A stretch of 64,000 bases of DNA from positions 1,632,001 to 1,696,000 of the forward strand of contig OZ220733.1 in assembly GCA_965116875.1 (NCBI GenBank). Reading direction: 5' to 3'. The position numbers were made by a program, and so were the translations under genes. The notes beneath the pieces were generated by a model. It was not told the origin of the DNA, ran no database searches, and was given only the letters and a program-made list of their open reading frames with translations. Source of the stretch: Candidatus Latescibacterota bacterium. Its GTDB lineage: Bacteria > Latescibacterota > UBA2968 > GCA-2709665. Of this stretch, positions 48,664 through 57,712 are shown in pieces (positions within the stretch are counted from its first letter, which is position 1; each line of letters opens with the position of its first letter).

Positions 48664-50403
48664 CGACGCGCCCTTCACCTGAACGGTAACGATGTCCAGA
48701 TCGTGATACTTCTGGTGGCGCACCGACGAAGCGTAATGGCGCAGCAGCCGGAACGATATTTCATGCTCGTCCAGGATCTCCGGCTGTTCACTCAGGTACG
48801 CCAGCCTGTCTTCCAGATTTGCTCCGGCCGCAGCCGCCAGAAACTCCAGTTCCGCCGTCCCTTCCACCTGCCGGGCGGTGATGACAAGCAGCCGCCCTCC
48901 CTCACTCGCACCCTCACCGGCCTGCTCGATCAGAATCGACAGGGTTTCTTCGCCCGCGGCGCGCAGCCGGCCGGTTGCCGGCTCCGTCCATCCGATACCT
49001 GCCGAAAACCCGCGGAGGAACTCGTCGATACCGGGAAGTGATTCGGCGGACAATTCCACCTGGAGGCGTTTCCGGCGGCGGGCCGTCAATTCCATGAAAG
49101 CGGTCAGCAGGATTGCCGCGAGGCCGCCCGCGGTCATTCCGTTTCCGAGCAGTGTCCCCCACGTCCCGCCAAACAAGCCTGGAAAGATCACCTGATTCTG
49201 AAAACCCACGCCCAGCCAGAACGCCAGCCCGACCACGGTGGCCTTCCTGTGATCGATGCCGTCCTCGAAAATCAGCTTCATACCCTGAACGAATAACAGG
49301 CCGATCAGCAGCGTGACATAGGCAGCCGCGACGGGATTGGGAATGGCGATCACGAGGGCGGTTACCTTGGGGGACAGGGCGAGCAGGACGAATATGATGC
49401 CGATATATATCCCGACGCGGCGCGCCGCGACTCCGGTCAGTTCTGCAAGCGAGACGCTGGTGGAATAGGTCGTATTGGGCGGTGTCCCGATGAGGCCGGA
49501 GAGCAGATTGCCCATGCCGTCGGCATTGAGTGCGCCCTGCACCAGGCGGAAGTCGGTTGCACGGGGCCGGCGCCGGGAGACCCGTTGAATGGCGACGCCG
49601 TCGCCAACCGTCTCGATCGCCCCGACGACCGTGACCACCACAAATGCCGGAAGCAGCGCCCAGAACTCCGCGCTCAGGGAGAGATCAACCCCCGGCCAGG
49701 CGTAGTTGGGAAAACCGATCCAGGGCGCTTCTACGACCCCACCCACGTCGTACAGTCCGAACGGCGCGGCAACCGCGCATCCAACCGCGATTCCGATCAG
49801 CGGCGCCCACAGCCGCAGCGATGCGGGGGCCCGCAGCGCCAGCACGACGAGGGTAACGAACGCCGCGCCCGCCGCGGCCGGTGACGCCGCCGCCGGCGTT
49901 CCTTCGGGCACGTCCGTCAACAGGCCGAAAACCACAGGCATCACCGTGACAGCGATCAGCATGATCACGGTTCCGGCGACAACCGGAGTAATGATGCGGC
50001 GCAGGAGCGAGAGACGCGCGGCCAGGGCGAACTGAAACAGCGAGGATACCACGATCAGACTCGCCATTAACGCCGGCCCGCCCTTCACCAGCGCCGTGAT
50101 GCACACCGCGATAAAGGCGCCGGACGTACCCATGATGAGCACGTGGCCCGCCCCGATGCGCCCCACCCTCACGGCTTGCAGCACCGTACTCACGCCGCTG
50201 ACCACCAGCGCCGCGAAGGCAATCCAGTTCAGATAGCTGTCCGGTTGATTGGCCGCCCGGCCGATGATCACCGCGCTGAGCACCACGGGCGCCAGGACCA
50301 CAACAGCGGCCTGAAAGCCCACCGCGGCGGCGACTGAGTGCGGGGGTCGCTCGTCCGGTTCGTACCGGATGGTTTCGTTTGAACGGGTTTCTTCCGAAGG
50401 CAT
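48661..50403 (-). CDS. NCS2 (xanthine/uracil) permease fused to a C-terminal HATPase_c/RsbW-like domain
   Basis: MGTSGAF, ETVGD, NADG, PNTTYS; C-terminal LRAAGEE...LLRHYASSVRHQKYHDLDIVTV. Confidence 0.82.
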   Translation of the reverse strand: MPSEETRSNETIRYEPDERPPHSVAAAVGFQAAVVVLAPVVLSAVIIGRAANQPDSYLNWIAFAALVVSGVSTVLQAVRVGRIGAGHVLIMGTSGAFIAVCITALVKGGPALMASLIVVSSLFQFALAARLSLLRRIITPVVAGTVIMLIAVTVMPVVFGLLTDVPEGTPAAASPAAAGAAFVTLVVLALRAPASLRLWAPLIGIAVGCAVAAPFGLYDVGGVVEAPWIGFPNYAWPGVDLSLSAEFWALLPAFVVVTVVGAIETVGDGVAIQRVSRRRPRATDFRLVQGALNADGMGNLLSGLIGTPPNTTYSTSVSLAELTGVAARRVGIYIGIIFVLLALSPKVTALVIAIPNPVAAAYVTLLIGLLFVQGMKLIFEDGIDHRKATVVGLAFWLGVGFQNQVIFPGLFGGTWGTLLGNGMTAGGLAAILLTAFMELTARRRKRLQVELSAESLPGIDEFLRGFSAGIGWTEPATGRLRAAGEETLSILIEQAGEGASEGGRLLVITARQVEGTAELEFLAAAAGANLEDRLAYLSEQPEILDEHEISFRLLRHYASSVRHQKYHDLDIVTVQVKGAS

Positions 50404-50434
50404 TCATCTCTCCCTGTCGAGCCGTCTTTCCCGC

Positions 50435-51208
50435 TTACATGCGCCAGACCACGAGCATCTGCGCGATGATTTCGTCTTCGTCCGTTCCGAGCTTATTGCG
50501 CCAATATTGGAATTCCACGCCGACCATGAACCGGTTGGCTTCGCCCGCCATCGCCTTGCCCACGTCCCACACCACCTGCGGCTGCGCCAGGATCGATCCC
50601 TTGACGTCTTCCCCGAACTCGTTGGAACGACCGCCGATGTATTCCGCATGCCCCGTGAACGTGATTGACTGTTCCCCCGCTTCGATGGGCAGCATCCAGC
50701 TGACGTCGAACATGAAGCTGTTGCCGGTCTTCGGGGCGCCGCCGCCGTCCACGCCGGTGTTGTCGTCAATATAGGCCGTCAGGTCCGTATTTAGAAAAAG
50801 AAATCCCGGCGCGCTCCAGGAGGCCCTCACGCCCGGCAGATATTTCAATACCTTGGCGTCGCCCCCGGCGTTTACCCCCGCGACCAGGGCGAAGTCCCGG
50901 ATGGGACCCGCGCGCACTTCCTTTCTTGCCAGTTTGCCGAAACTCAACGTGGGATACCACTCTGAATAAAAGTCCCGGTCGTTGAATCCGTCGCTGCCGC
51001 TGTCGTCTATATAATCGAGAAAAAAGAAACTGTCGCCGAATTTCCATCTCGAGGCGTTCTGCACGGTAAACACGAGCGTCCAGTGGTCGGACCCCGAGAA
51101 TGGATTCAGATGCGAACCGTATTGGAGGTGAAACTCGGTCTGCGCGACCGCGGCGGTGCGTGCGGTCAGCAGCAGGATGCCCGCGATGCCGGCGGATCGG
51201 ATTTTCAT
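50435..51208 (-). CDS. Tsx/DUF5020-like outer-membrane nucleoside channel
   Basis: Signal peptide, WKFGDSFFFLD, FYSEW.P.LS, PQ..WDVG, GVEFQYW.NK, terminal aromatic strand. Confidence 0.8.
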   Translation of the reverse strand: MKIRSAGIAGILLLTARTAAVAQTEFHLQYGSHLNPFSGSDHWTLVFTVQNASRWKFGDSFFFLDYIDDSGSDGFNDRDFYSEWYPTLSFGKLARKEVRAGPIRDFALVAGVNAGGDAKVLKYLPGVRASWSAPGFLFLNTDLTAYIDDNTGVDGGGAPKTGNSFMFDVSWMLPIEAGEQSITFTGHAEYIGGRSNEFGEDVKGSILAQPQVVWDVGKAMAGEANRFMVGVEFQYWRNKLGTDEDEIIAQMLVVWRM

Positions 51209-51271
51209 CGTGTAATCCTGACGTTATTCGGATTGGGTTTTCATGATGTAATCCTGACGTTATATTGGATT
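51202..51271. repeat. 36-bp-period tandem duplication at the porin start
   Basis: ttttcat.(g/a)tgtaatcctgacgttat twice, at 51202 and 51238. Confidence 0.75.
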
Positions 51272-51343
51272 TGCTCGTCAAGCGTCTTACCGGATGGTGT
51301 GACAGACCACGACAGACACAACACATTCCGCTCGGGAGGAAAT

Positions 51344-52126
51344 ATGAACCTGTTCAGACTGACAACGCCATTGTGTATTATGTGTATCGGGGCGACCGGC
51401 TGCTCGGAATCGGAGGACTCGTCATCCGTTTCGAACAAGCCGGCGTGGGGGTACGGCGCCGAAAACGGACCGGCCGTCTGGGGCCGGTTGAGCGCGGATT
51501 ATGCGCTTTGCGCCGAAGGGTCGCGCCAATCCCCCATTGACCTGCGGAACCCGACGCCGGCGAACCCGCCGGCCATCACCTTCAACTACCGGCCAACGCC
51601 CCTGAACCTCCACAACAACGGCCACACCATAGAGGTTGCATCCACCGGGGAGAACTGGATCGAGGTTGGCAACGAAAGATACAGCCTGCTGCAGTACCAC
51701 TTTCACGCGCCGTCCGAACATACGGTGGAAGGCAGGTCGTTTGACATGGAAATGCACCTCGTCCACCGGAATGAGGAAGGCGCGTTAGCCGTTATCGGCG
51801 TGCTGATCGAGCGCGGAAACAAAAACGTCGCATACGATCGCGTCTGGACGCATTTACCGCAAGCGGCTGGCGAAACGGAACGCATCGAAGGCGTCTCGGT
51901 CAACCCCGGTGACTTGCTGCCGCCGGACAGGCGTGCCTACAGGTACGACGGCTCGTTGACAACCCCGCCGTGTTCCCAGGACGTCAGCTGGTTCGTAATC
52001 GCAGCCCCCATCGAAATGTCAGAGGTGCAGATTGCCGCATTCGAAGCCATTGTTCACAAAAACAACCGGCCGGTACAGGCGTTGAACGGCCGCGAGGTTT
52101 TCATCGACGTTGGAATGGAGGAATAG
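51344..52126 (+). CDS. Alpha-class carbonic anhydrase (lipoprotein)
   Basis: WGY, QSPID, NNGHT, QYHFHAPSEH, EMHLVH, GSLTTPPC, NRPVQ. Confidence 0.95.
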   Translation: MNLFRLTTPLCIMCIGATGCSESEDSSSVSNKPAWGYGAENGPAVWGRLSADYALCAEGSRQSPIDLRNPTPANPPAITFNYRPTPLNLHNNGHTIEVASTGENWIEVGNERYSLLQYHFHAPSEHTVEGRSFDMEMHLVHRNEEGALAVIGVLIERGNKNVAYDRVWTHLPQAAGETERIEGVSVNPGDLLPPDRRAYRYDGSLTTPPCSQDVSWFVIAAPIEMSEVQIAAFEAIVHKNNRPVQALNGREVFIDVGMEE

Positions 52127-52225
52127 TCCGGGGATTTGCAGGCCGAAGAATCGGGGGCAGGAATTCTACAGTTCTGATTTCGAGTCTGCGGTGAGCGAAT
52201 CTCGATGCTTCCGTATGCGTCGTGT

Positions 52226-53548
52226 TCAGGATTTCCCCGGTACCGGAATCCCATAGCGGTGCAGCGTACTGGCCAGCGTGGGTCGCCCCAGGCGAATCCT
52301 GCCGTCGTTCAGCAGATACGTGAAAAGATATCCCGCGCCCAGCATGAGGATCCCGATGAGGAAGCAATACATCACCGCTCTATCGGGATATACATCCTTG
52401 AGATACCCGACGTACAGGGGACCCGTGATACCGGCGGCGGCCCAGGCCGTCAGGACGGCGCCGTAGATGGTCGACATCTTTTTTGTGCCGAATACGTCGA
52501 GGACGAAGGGCGGCATGGTCGCGAATCCGCCGCCGAAGCAGAGCAGAACGTAGCAGACCAGGGCGGAGAATACCCACGGATTGGTCTCCGTCATCAGGAT
52601 GCCGAAGACGACCATCTGGCTGGCGAGCAGAACCCTGAAAATCGTAACCCGGCCGAACTTGTCCGACAGCAATCCCCAGAACAGGCGCCCCAATCCGTTG
52701 CAGATTGAACTTACGGCGATCAGCGTGGCGCCGTATTCGGCCAGTGTGGTCGGCTCTATCCTGTTGTCCGCCAGGCCCCATATTTCCTGAAGGATTTCCG
52801 ACTGGAAGCTGATGACGGAGATGCCGGCCGCGATATTGAAGAAGAAGACGATCCACATGATCACGAACTGGGTCGTCTTGAGATACGTGACGGCGGAGTC
52901 CGGTTCCCCGTATTCCAGCGCATCGTCGGCTGTACCGCCCGCGGGGCCCGCGGTTGCGGGGGGATCGCTGAGAGCCAGGCTGCAGGGCAGCAGAATGATA
53001 CCGAATATGATCCCGAGCCAGATGAAGACGAGCGGAAGCGTGCCCTGCGTGGTTACGATCAAAAACGGCGCCAGTCCCTTGCTCAGGAGGAAGGCGCCGA
53101 CGCCGAAGCCCATAACCACGATCCCGGTGGCCAGTCCCTTGCGATCGGGGAACCACTTGGCGACCGTGGCGACCGGCGTGACGTATCCCAGCCCGATACC
53201 CGCACCGCTTATCACGCCGTAGCCCAGATAGAACAGCGGTATCGAGTCCAGCTGAAGCGCCGCCCCGGAGATCAGGTATCCGCCTGAGAACAGGATGCTG
53301 CCGGTCACCGCCAGAAACCTGGGACCCAACCGCGAAAGCATGTTGCCCGCCCAGGCGGCCGAGACACCGAGCGTAAAAATCGCGATACTGAACGCCCACG
53401 CGGTCTCCGTATGCGTCCAGCCGCCCCGATGCACCAGAATCGTCTGGAAGAAACTCCACGCGTAGACCGTGCCGAAGCATATTTGCAACACGGTGCAGAA
53501 TAGTGCGATAGCGCTTCTTGGAATACGCAACGTCCGTCCTCCGTTCAA
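52226..53548 (-). CDS. OFA (oxalate/formate antiporter)-family MFS transporter
   Basis: GTVYAWS, GLGYVTPVA..AKWFPDRKGLATG, NGLGRLFWG..SDKFGR, FGGGFA. Confidence 0.9.
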   Translation of the reverse strand: MNGGRTLRIPRSAIALFCTVLQICFGTVYAWSFFQTILVHRGGWTHTETAWAFSIAIFTLGVSAAWAGNMLSRLGPRFLAVTGSILFSGGYLISGAALQLDSIPLFYLGYGVISGAGIGLGYVTPVATVAKWFPDRKGLATGIVVMGFGVGAFLLSKGLAPFLIVTTQGTLPLVFIWLGIIFGIILLPCSLALSDPPATAGPAGGTADDALEYGEPDSAVTYLKTTQFVIMWIVFFFNIAAGISVISFQSEILQEIWGLADNRIEPTTLAEYGATLIAVSSICNGLGRLFWGLLSDKFGRVTIFRVLLASQMVVFGILMTETNPWVFSALVCYVLLCFGGGFATMPPFVLDVFGTKKMSTIYGAVLTAWAAAGITGPLYVGYLKDVYPDRAVMYCFLIGILMLGAGYLFTYLLNDGRIRLGRPTLASTLHRYGIPVPGKS

Positions 53549-54288
53549 TCTGCCTTTTCGGTCGACCCTTCCGGTCCACCGCCGCCAGGCGAACGTCCCG
53601 ATATGTGACGGAACAGCCGCGCGAGGTCGCCGACTTCATCATCGCGCGCAAGCAGTTCGTCGTCCTCCTGCTTGTCCTGCTTTCGATCGTCGGCCAGGTC
53701 GACCGCGTAGGAGAGAAGCCCTCCAAGCGGCTTTGCGGCCAGGTTGACCAGCCAGATCGACGCCAGTACGCCCACAACGAGGAAGATACTGATCAGAATG
53801 ACCTGCTGGCCGATGGCGCGCTGGATCTTGAGCGCGACGATGTCCAGGTCCATACCAACGTGTACCGTGCCGGCCACTCCGGCCAGGATCGGGCTGCCCA
53901 CCTCCAGGAAATCGCCCAGACCCGGAATGCTCCGTTCAACCGGTTCGGTGCTGGACGGATCGCTCGCGAGAATTTCCTCGGGGATGCCGGGAACGAAGGT
54001 ATGCGCCAGATACTCGCCCTTTTCACTGGTAATGTAGATGTAACGGATGCCCTGAATCTCTACGAACTGATCGATCATCGACTGCAGCGTCGCAAGATTC
54101 CGGTTCAGCAGGATGTCCACACTGGCATTGGCGATGGTCTTTGCGATGTCTTTGCTGTTGGACGCGTACTCCGCCGACAACTGCGTGTCTACCGTGTAGA
54201 TGCACAGGAACGAAGTGGACAGTACGATCAGCCCGAAGAGCGCGAAGATGCCGAACCTGGTCTTCTGAAACAACCTTTGAATTTTCAT
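53545..54288 (-). CDS. Two-TM sensor-like protein ending in a HAMP domain
   Basis: TM-periplasmic domain-TM, then PL..L...A...RDDEVGDLARLF; no kinase or other output domain. Confidence 0.8.
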   Translation of the reverse strand: MKIQRLFQKTRFGIFALFGLIVLSTSFLCIYTVDTQLSAEYASNSKDIAKTIANASVDILLNRNLATLQSMIDQFVEIQGIRYIYITSEKGEYLAHTFVPGIPEEILASDPSSTEPVERSIPGLGDFLEVGSPILAGVAGTVHVGMDLDIVALKIQRAIGQQVILISIFLVVGVLASIWLVNLAAKPLGGLLSYAVDLADDRKQDKQEDDELLARDDEVGDLARLFRHISGRSPGGGGPEGSTEKAD

Positions 54289-54289
54289 T

Positions 54290-55657
54290 TTACGAAAGCC
54301 AGCTTTCCCAGTCGTTCAGAGTGACAAACCGGCCGTCCTGAACAACGGTATAGTATACGGTTTGCAGTCCCTGTCGCCGGTCGGGCCCGAAAGAGACCTT
54401 CTCACCGATGCCGAGGTCGAAATCCCGGACGGAGAAAACCGCGTCCTCCAGACCCGCCCTGCCTGGATTGTCACCGAGACGCCTCAGAATCTCGGTCATC
54501 AGCTTGGCATCCAGAAAACCCTCGAGGCTTACGAAGCTCTGCTCGAACGGACTGTAGGGCTCTTTGACGAGCTCCCGGGGAACGGCCGGATTGTAACGCG
54601 CCATCAGCTCACGGTACTCTCTCACGGCCGGAATGGACGTGTCTTCGTAGCTGGGCACGACCTGGGAGTTGACGAGATACCGGGTGTACGTCTCGGCGTC
54701 CTCCCTGCCCTCGCTGAGCAGATGCAGCAGGTTCTCGCTGCCAACGAACGAGAGATTGGCGATCGGGACCTTCAGGCCCAGATCGATCGCGTCGCGAGCG
54801 AAGGCGGCGCACGCCGCGTACGACCCGATACAGATGACGGCGTCCGGAGAAGCCTTCTGCAGAATCTCAACCTGCCGCCTCATGCTCCCGGTGAACCTCT
54901 GCCCGCGTTGGTACGTCGCCTCGCCGGCAATGTGTTCTCCGTGCGCCTCGATTGCCGCTCGCACGCCCGCCCATCCGCTGCGTCCGTACGCGTCTGCCTG
55001 ATAGAACACGGCGATCCGCTTTCTGCCGGTCTGAACGAAATTGTCCACAAGCCCCGCGGTCTCCTGGCGATAGGACGCCCGGAGGTTGAACGCGAAATCC
55101 CCGTATGGCGGCTCCCTTTGAGGCTGGGCGCCGGTAAACGGGAAAAACAGATAGACCCGCTCGTCCTGAAACTTCTTCAGCAGCGGAAGCGCGCGGGTCA
55201 CAGTCGGCGTACCGACGTACCCGAATAACAGGAACACGTGATCTTCCAGCATGAGCTTCATGGTGTTCTTCACACACGGGTCCGGCTGGTATCCGTCGTC
55301 GTACAGCTTGAAGACGATCTGGCGGCCGCCAACGCCGCCATTTTCATTGACGTGGTTGAAGTACGACCTGGCTCCCCGGTAGAGCTCGCTGCCCAGCCCC
55401 CGGGAGGGCCCGGAAAACGCGGCGGACATGCCCAGGACGATCTTGCCGTCATAAACGCCTTCGGAGCCTCCGGCGCGACTCTGATCGACATCAGAATCCC
55501 CGTTCGACCCTCCTGTCTGGGCGCCAACGTCCTTCCAGCCTCCCCAGGAAAACGCCAGCAGTCCGAGCAAGCCTCGACGGAGCATCGACCTTCGCGTCAG
55601 GTCGGACGCGTGTTCGTTCCGCGGGTCGTGTCCGTCGGTACAACTGAACATATCCAT
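54290..55657 (-). CDS. Tat-exported LivJ-type substrate-binding protein
   Basis: TRRSML Tat motif, LGMSAAFSGP, DDGYQP, GYVGTPT, NLRASY. Confidence 0.88.
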   Translation of the reverse strand: MDMFSCTDGHDPRNEHASDLTRRSMLRRGLLGLLAFSWGGWKDVGAQTGGSNGDSDVDQSRAGGSEGVYDGKIVLGMSAAFSGPSRGLGSELYRGARSYFNHVNENGGVGGRQIVFKLYDDGYQPDPCVKNTMKLMLEDHVFLLFGYVGTPTVTRALPLLKKFQDERVYLFFPFTGAQPQREPPYGDFAFNLRASYRQETAGLVDNFVQTGRKRIAVFYQADAYGRSGWAGVRAAIEAHGEHIAGEATYQRGQRFTGSMRRQVEILQKASPDAVICIGSYAACAAFARDAIDLGLKVPIANLSFVGSENLLHLLSEGREDAETYTRYLVNSQVVPSYEDTSIPAVREYRELMARYNPAVPRELVKEPYSPFEQSFVSLEGFLDAKLMTEILRRLGDNPGRAGLEDAVFSVRDFDLGIGEKVSFGPDRRQGLQTVYYTVVQDGRFVTLNDWESWLS

Positions 55658-55865
55658 TTCGTGCCTCTTCAGCTGAAATACGATATCGCCTGAATACCTG
55701 TGGCGCCGCGACGAAACTCTCCGAAACGTTTCGAATTGGTCGTCAGGAAGGACATTTTTTCGGTTGACGGCCAGCGACCTGGTGTATCCTGGGTATCCGC
55801 AGTTAAATCGCCTTTATCAACTTGCACATATACGAACGAACACACCGAAGAACGACGAATCATGG

Positions 55866-56981
55866 TTAAAAATTGTAGGTAAAATGGATGTCCAGCCGGT
55901 TGGCGATCCCGTCGTTCGGTCCCTTGTAGGTGGTTTTCCAGTACAGGTATTCAACCGCTATCTGCAGCGGTTTCCACGGCCGATAACGTCCGACACCGTA
56001 GAAGGCCCCGTTCCTGGTGCGGCCTCCGGCGGGTATGGCCTCCTCATCGGGCTGCTCCATCGTCGCTCCGACGTACAGCTTCCACTGCGCATTGGGCATG
56101 ATCACGATCTGCGCCCACCCGCCGGTAGAGGCGATCTCCTCGCCCGTCGCTGTGTTGACCCCCTGGCCGATGCCGCCGCGGATGTCGGTGAGATTCTTCC
56201 CCGTCCAGGCTTCGCCCTGCACCATAAACTGGTCGGTCAGGGAGATCGAAGCGTCCAGACCGACGGCGGTCGAGGTGAAGCTTGTTTCACCGCCCACGGG
56301 CGCGGCAGTCTCTTCGGCGCCCCAATGGGCCCACGCGCCGGCCTTGAATTTCGGCTGCTCGAAACCCAGCCGCGCCTGCAGGAAAGGCACCGCCGCGTCC
56401 CAGCCATCCAGAATGCCGTTCCTGTCCAGGTCTTTCCTGTCCACGGCCCCGGTCTGCCCCGCCGCCATCGCCAGGGAAAACCCGCCTTCCGGCTTGTACG
56501 TGAGCCTCGCCTGGGGATGACGGTCGCCCAGATTGCCGGCGTGCCACATCAGGCCGTCGTTGTTGGCGATCGGAAAGATCGGCGAAATGACGTCCCAGGC
56601 TTGGCCGGCAAGAAAGTGCCAGTCCCCGCGCTGCAAATTGAAATAGGCCTGCCGGAGGCGCAGGATCTGGCGCGATTCGCTGCCCCCGTTCTGAAAATCG
56701 ATCTCGACGAGACCGCTGATACTGGAGACTTCGTCCAATTTCACAGGTTTGAACCTCGCCCCCAGACGGGTAAGGCGCGGGTACATGGTCAAATTGCCAT
56801 CGGTCTCGGCGCCGGGATCTTCCGGCTTTACCCAAAAGCCGAACTGGTGGCTTTGCATCTTCGAATCGTCGATAACGGCGTCGAAGCGGACAAAGCCGTA
56901 AATCGACAAATCTCCGGCAAAGGCCCACTCCCCCCCGGTCAACAGACAACCCAGAATCACTGCGGCAATTGCCTTTTTCAA
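55866..56981 (-). CDS. DcaP-like outer-membrane porin
   Basis: Signal peptide, IYGFVRFD, TRLG, EIDF, RLRQAY, AGQ.W, terminal YNF. Confidence 0.78.
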   Translation of the reverse strand: MKKAIAAVILGCLLTGGEWAFAGDLSIYGFVRFDAVIDDSKMQSHQFGFWVKPEDPGAETDGNLTMYPRLTRLGARFKPVKLDEVSSISGLVEIDFQNGGSESRQILRLRQAYFNLQRGDWHFLAGQAWDVISPIFPIANNDGLMWHAGNLGDRHPQARLTYKPEGGFSLAMAAGQTGAVDRKDLDRNGILDGWDAAVPFLQARLGFEQPKFKAGAWAHWGAEETAAPVGGETSFTSTAVGLDASISLTDQFMVQGEAWTGKNLTDIRGGIGQGVNTATGEEIASTGGWAQIVIMPNAQWKLYVGATMEQPDEEAIPAGGRTRNGAFYGVGRYRPWKPLQIAVEYLYWKTTYKGPNDGIANRLDIHFTYNF

Positions 56982-57070
56982 GAGTCACTCCTTCGCGGGT
57001 GCGTATCCATGTCCGTCCCCGCGCTTGCGGTACGAATTCTCAATGTGCCTGTAGCGTCGAACATCCTGCA

Positions 57071-57304
57071 CTACGACTCGGCGGACTCCTCCGCACCGTC
57101 TCCGTTTTTCGCGCGGATGCGTTCCACGTACGACCGGCCCTTGTTTACGGCTCTGTCCACGTTGCGTCGAACGGTCTGGCGGGTTTCGATACCGCTCCGG
57201 GGCGCCAGCAAAACACCGGCGATGATCCCCAGGGCCATCCCGATAATTGCGCCGAGGCCGAATACCCCCAGGCAAAAACCCAGGTCATTCGTCTGACGAT
57301 CCAT
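57071..57304 (-). CDS. YtxH domain protein
   Basis: G..IG...G.LLAPRSG.ETR; RBS ggagg before MDRQT. Confidence 0.85.
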   Translation of the reverse strand: MDRQTNDLGFCLGVFGLGAIIGMALGIIAGVLLAPRSGIETRQTVRRNVDRAVNKGRSYVERIRAKNGDGAEESAES

Positions 57305-57712
57305 CCAGGCCTCCTGGTCCAATGGTTGTCCCGCAATCAGTTTCCTGCAAGAATCCCTAATTTATAATGCAAATTATCAGATTAGTCAATGCAATTGGTA
57401 GAAACTGCCCCGAAACGGAGCGCATGGTCCACAAGGATTTATTGAAAATTCGCGCATAGTTTACGTTCGTGTTACGATCTCTACCGAACTCCCAGTTACC
57501 TCTGATGGAATGGCGAGCAACGGCCGGCGGCGATGATCCAAATACGCTGGAATAAATCGTTGCGGGGCGATTCACGGCCGAGCTGTGCCGTTCGTCGAGC
57601 CAGTACTCGATTAGGTCCCTCATTTCATAGTTCAGTCAATTGCGATAACTTCGCTCTGTCTATTAGACATTCCTTTCGAATAATCGATGCAATTCTGCAC
57701 ACGCTAATGCAC

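Noticed and set aside
55660-55760. Possible glycine riboswitch upstream of the Tat SBP (ggagag...cgcc...tcagg on the minus strand)
   Set aside because: It lacks the GCCGAAGG.GCAA core and the expected spacing; an Infernal search would be needed.
57357-57623. 88-aa ORF downstream of herA as a fourth system gene
   Set aside because: No clear RBS or family motif, and it runs into the AT-rich region upstream of ytxH.
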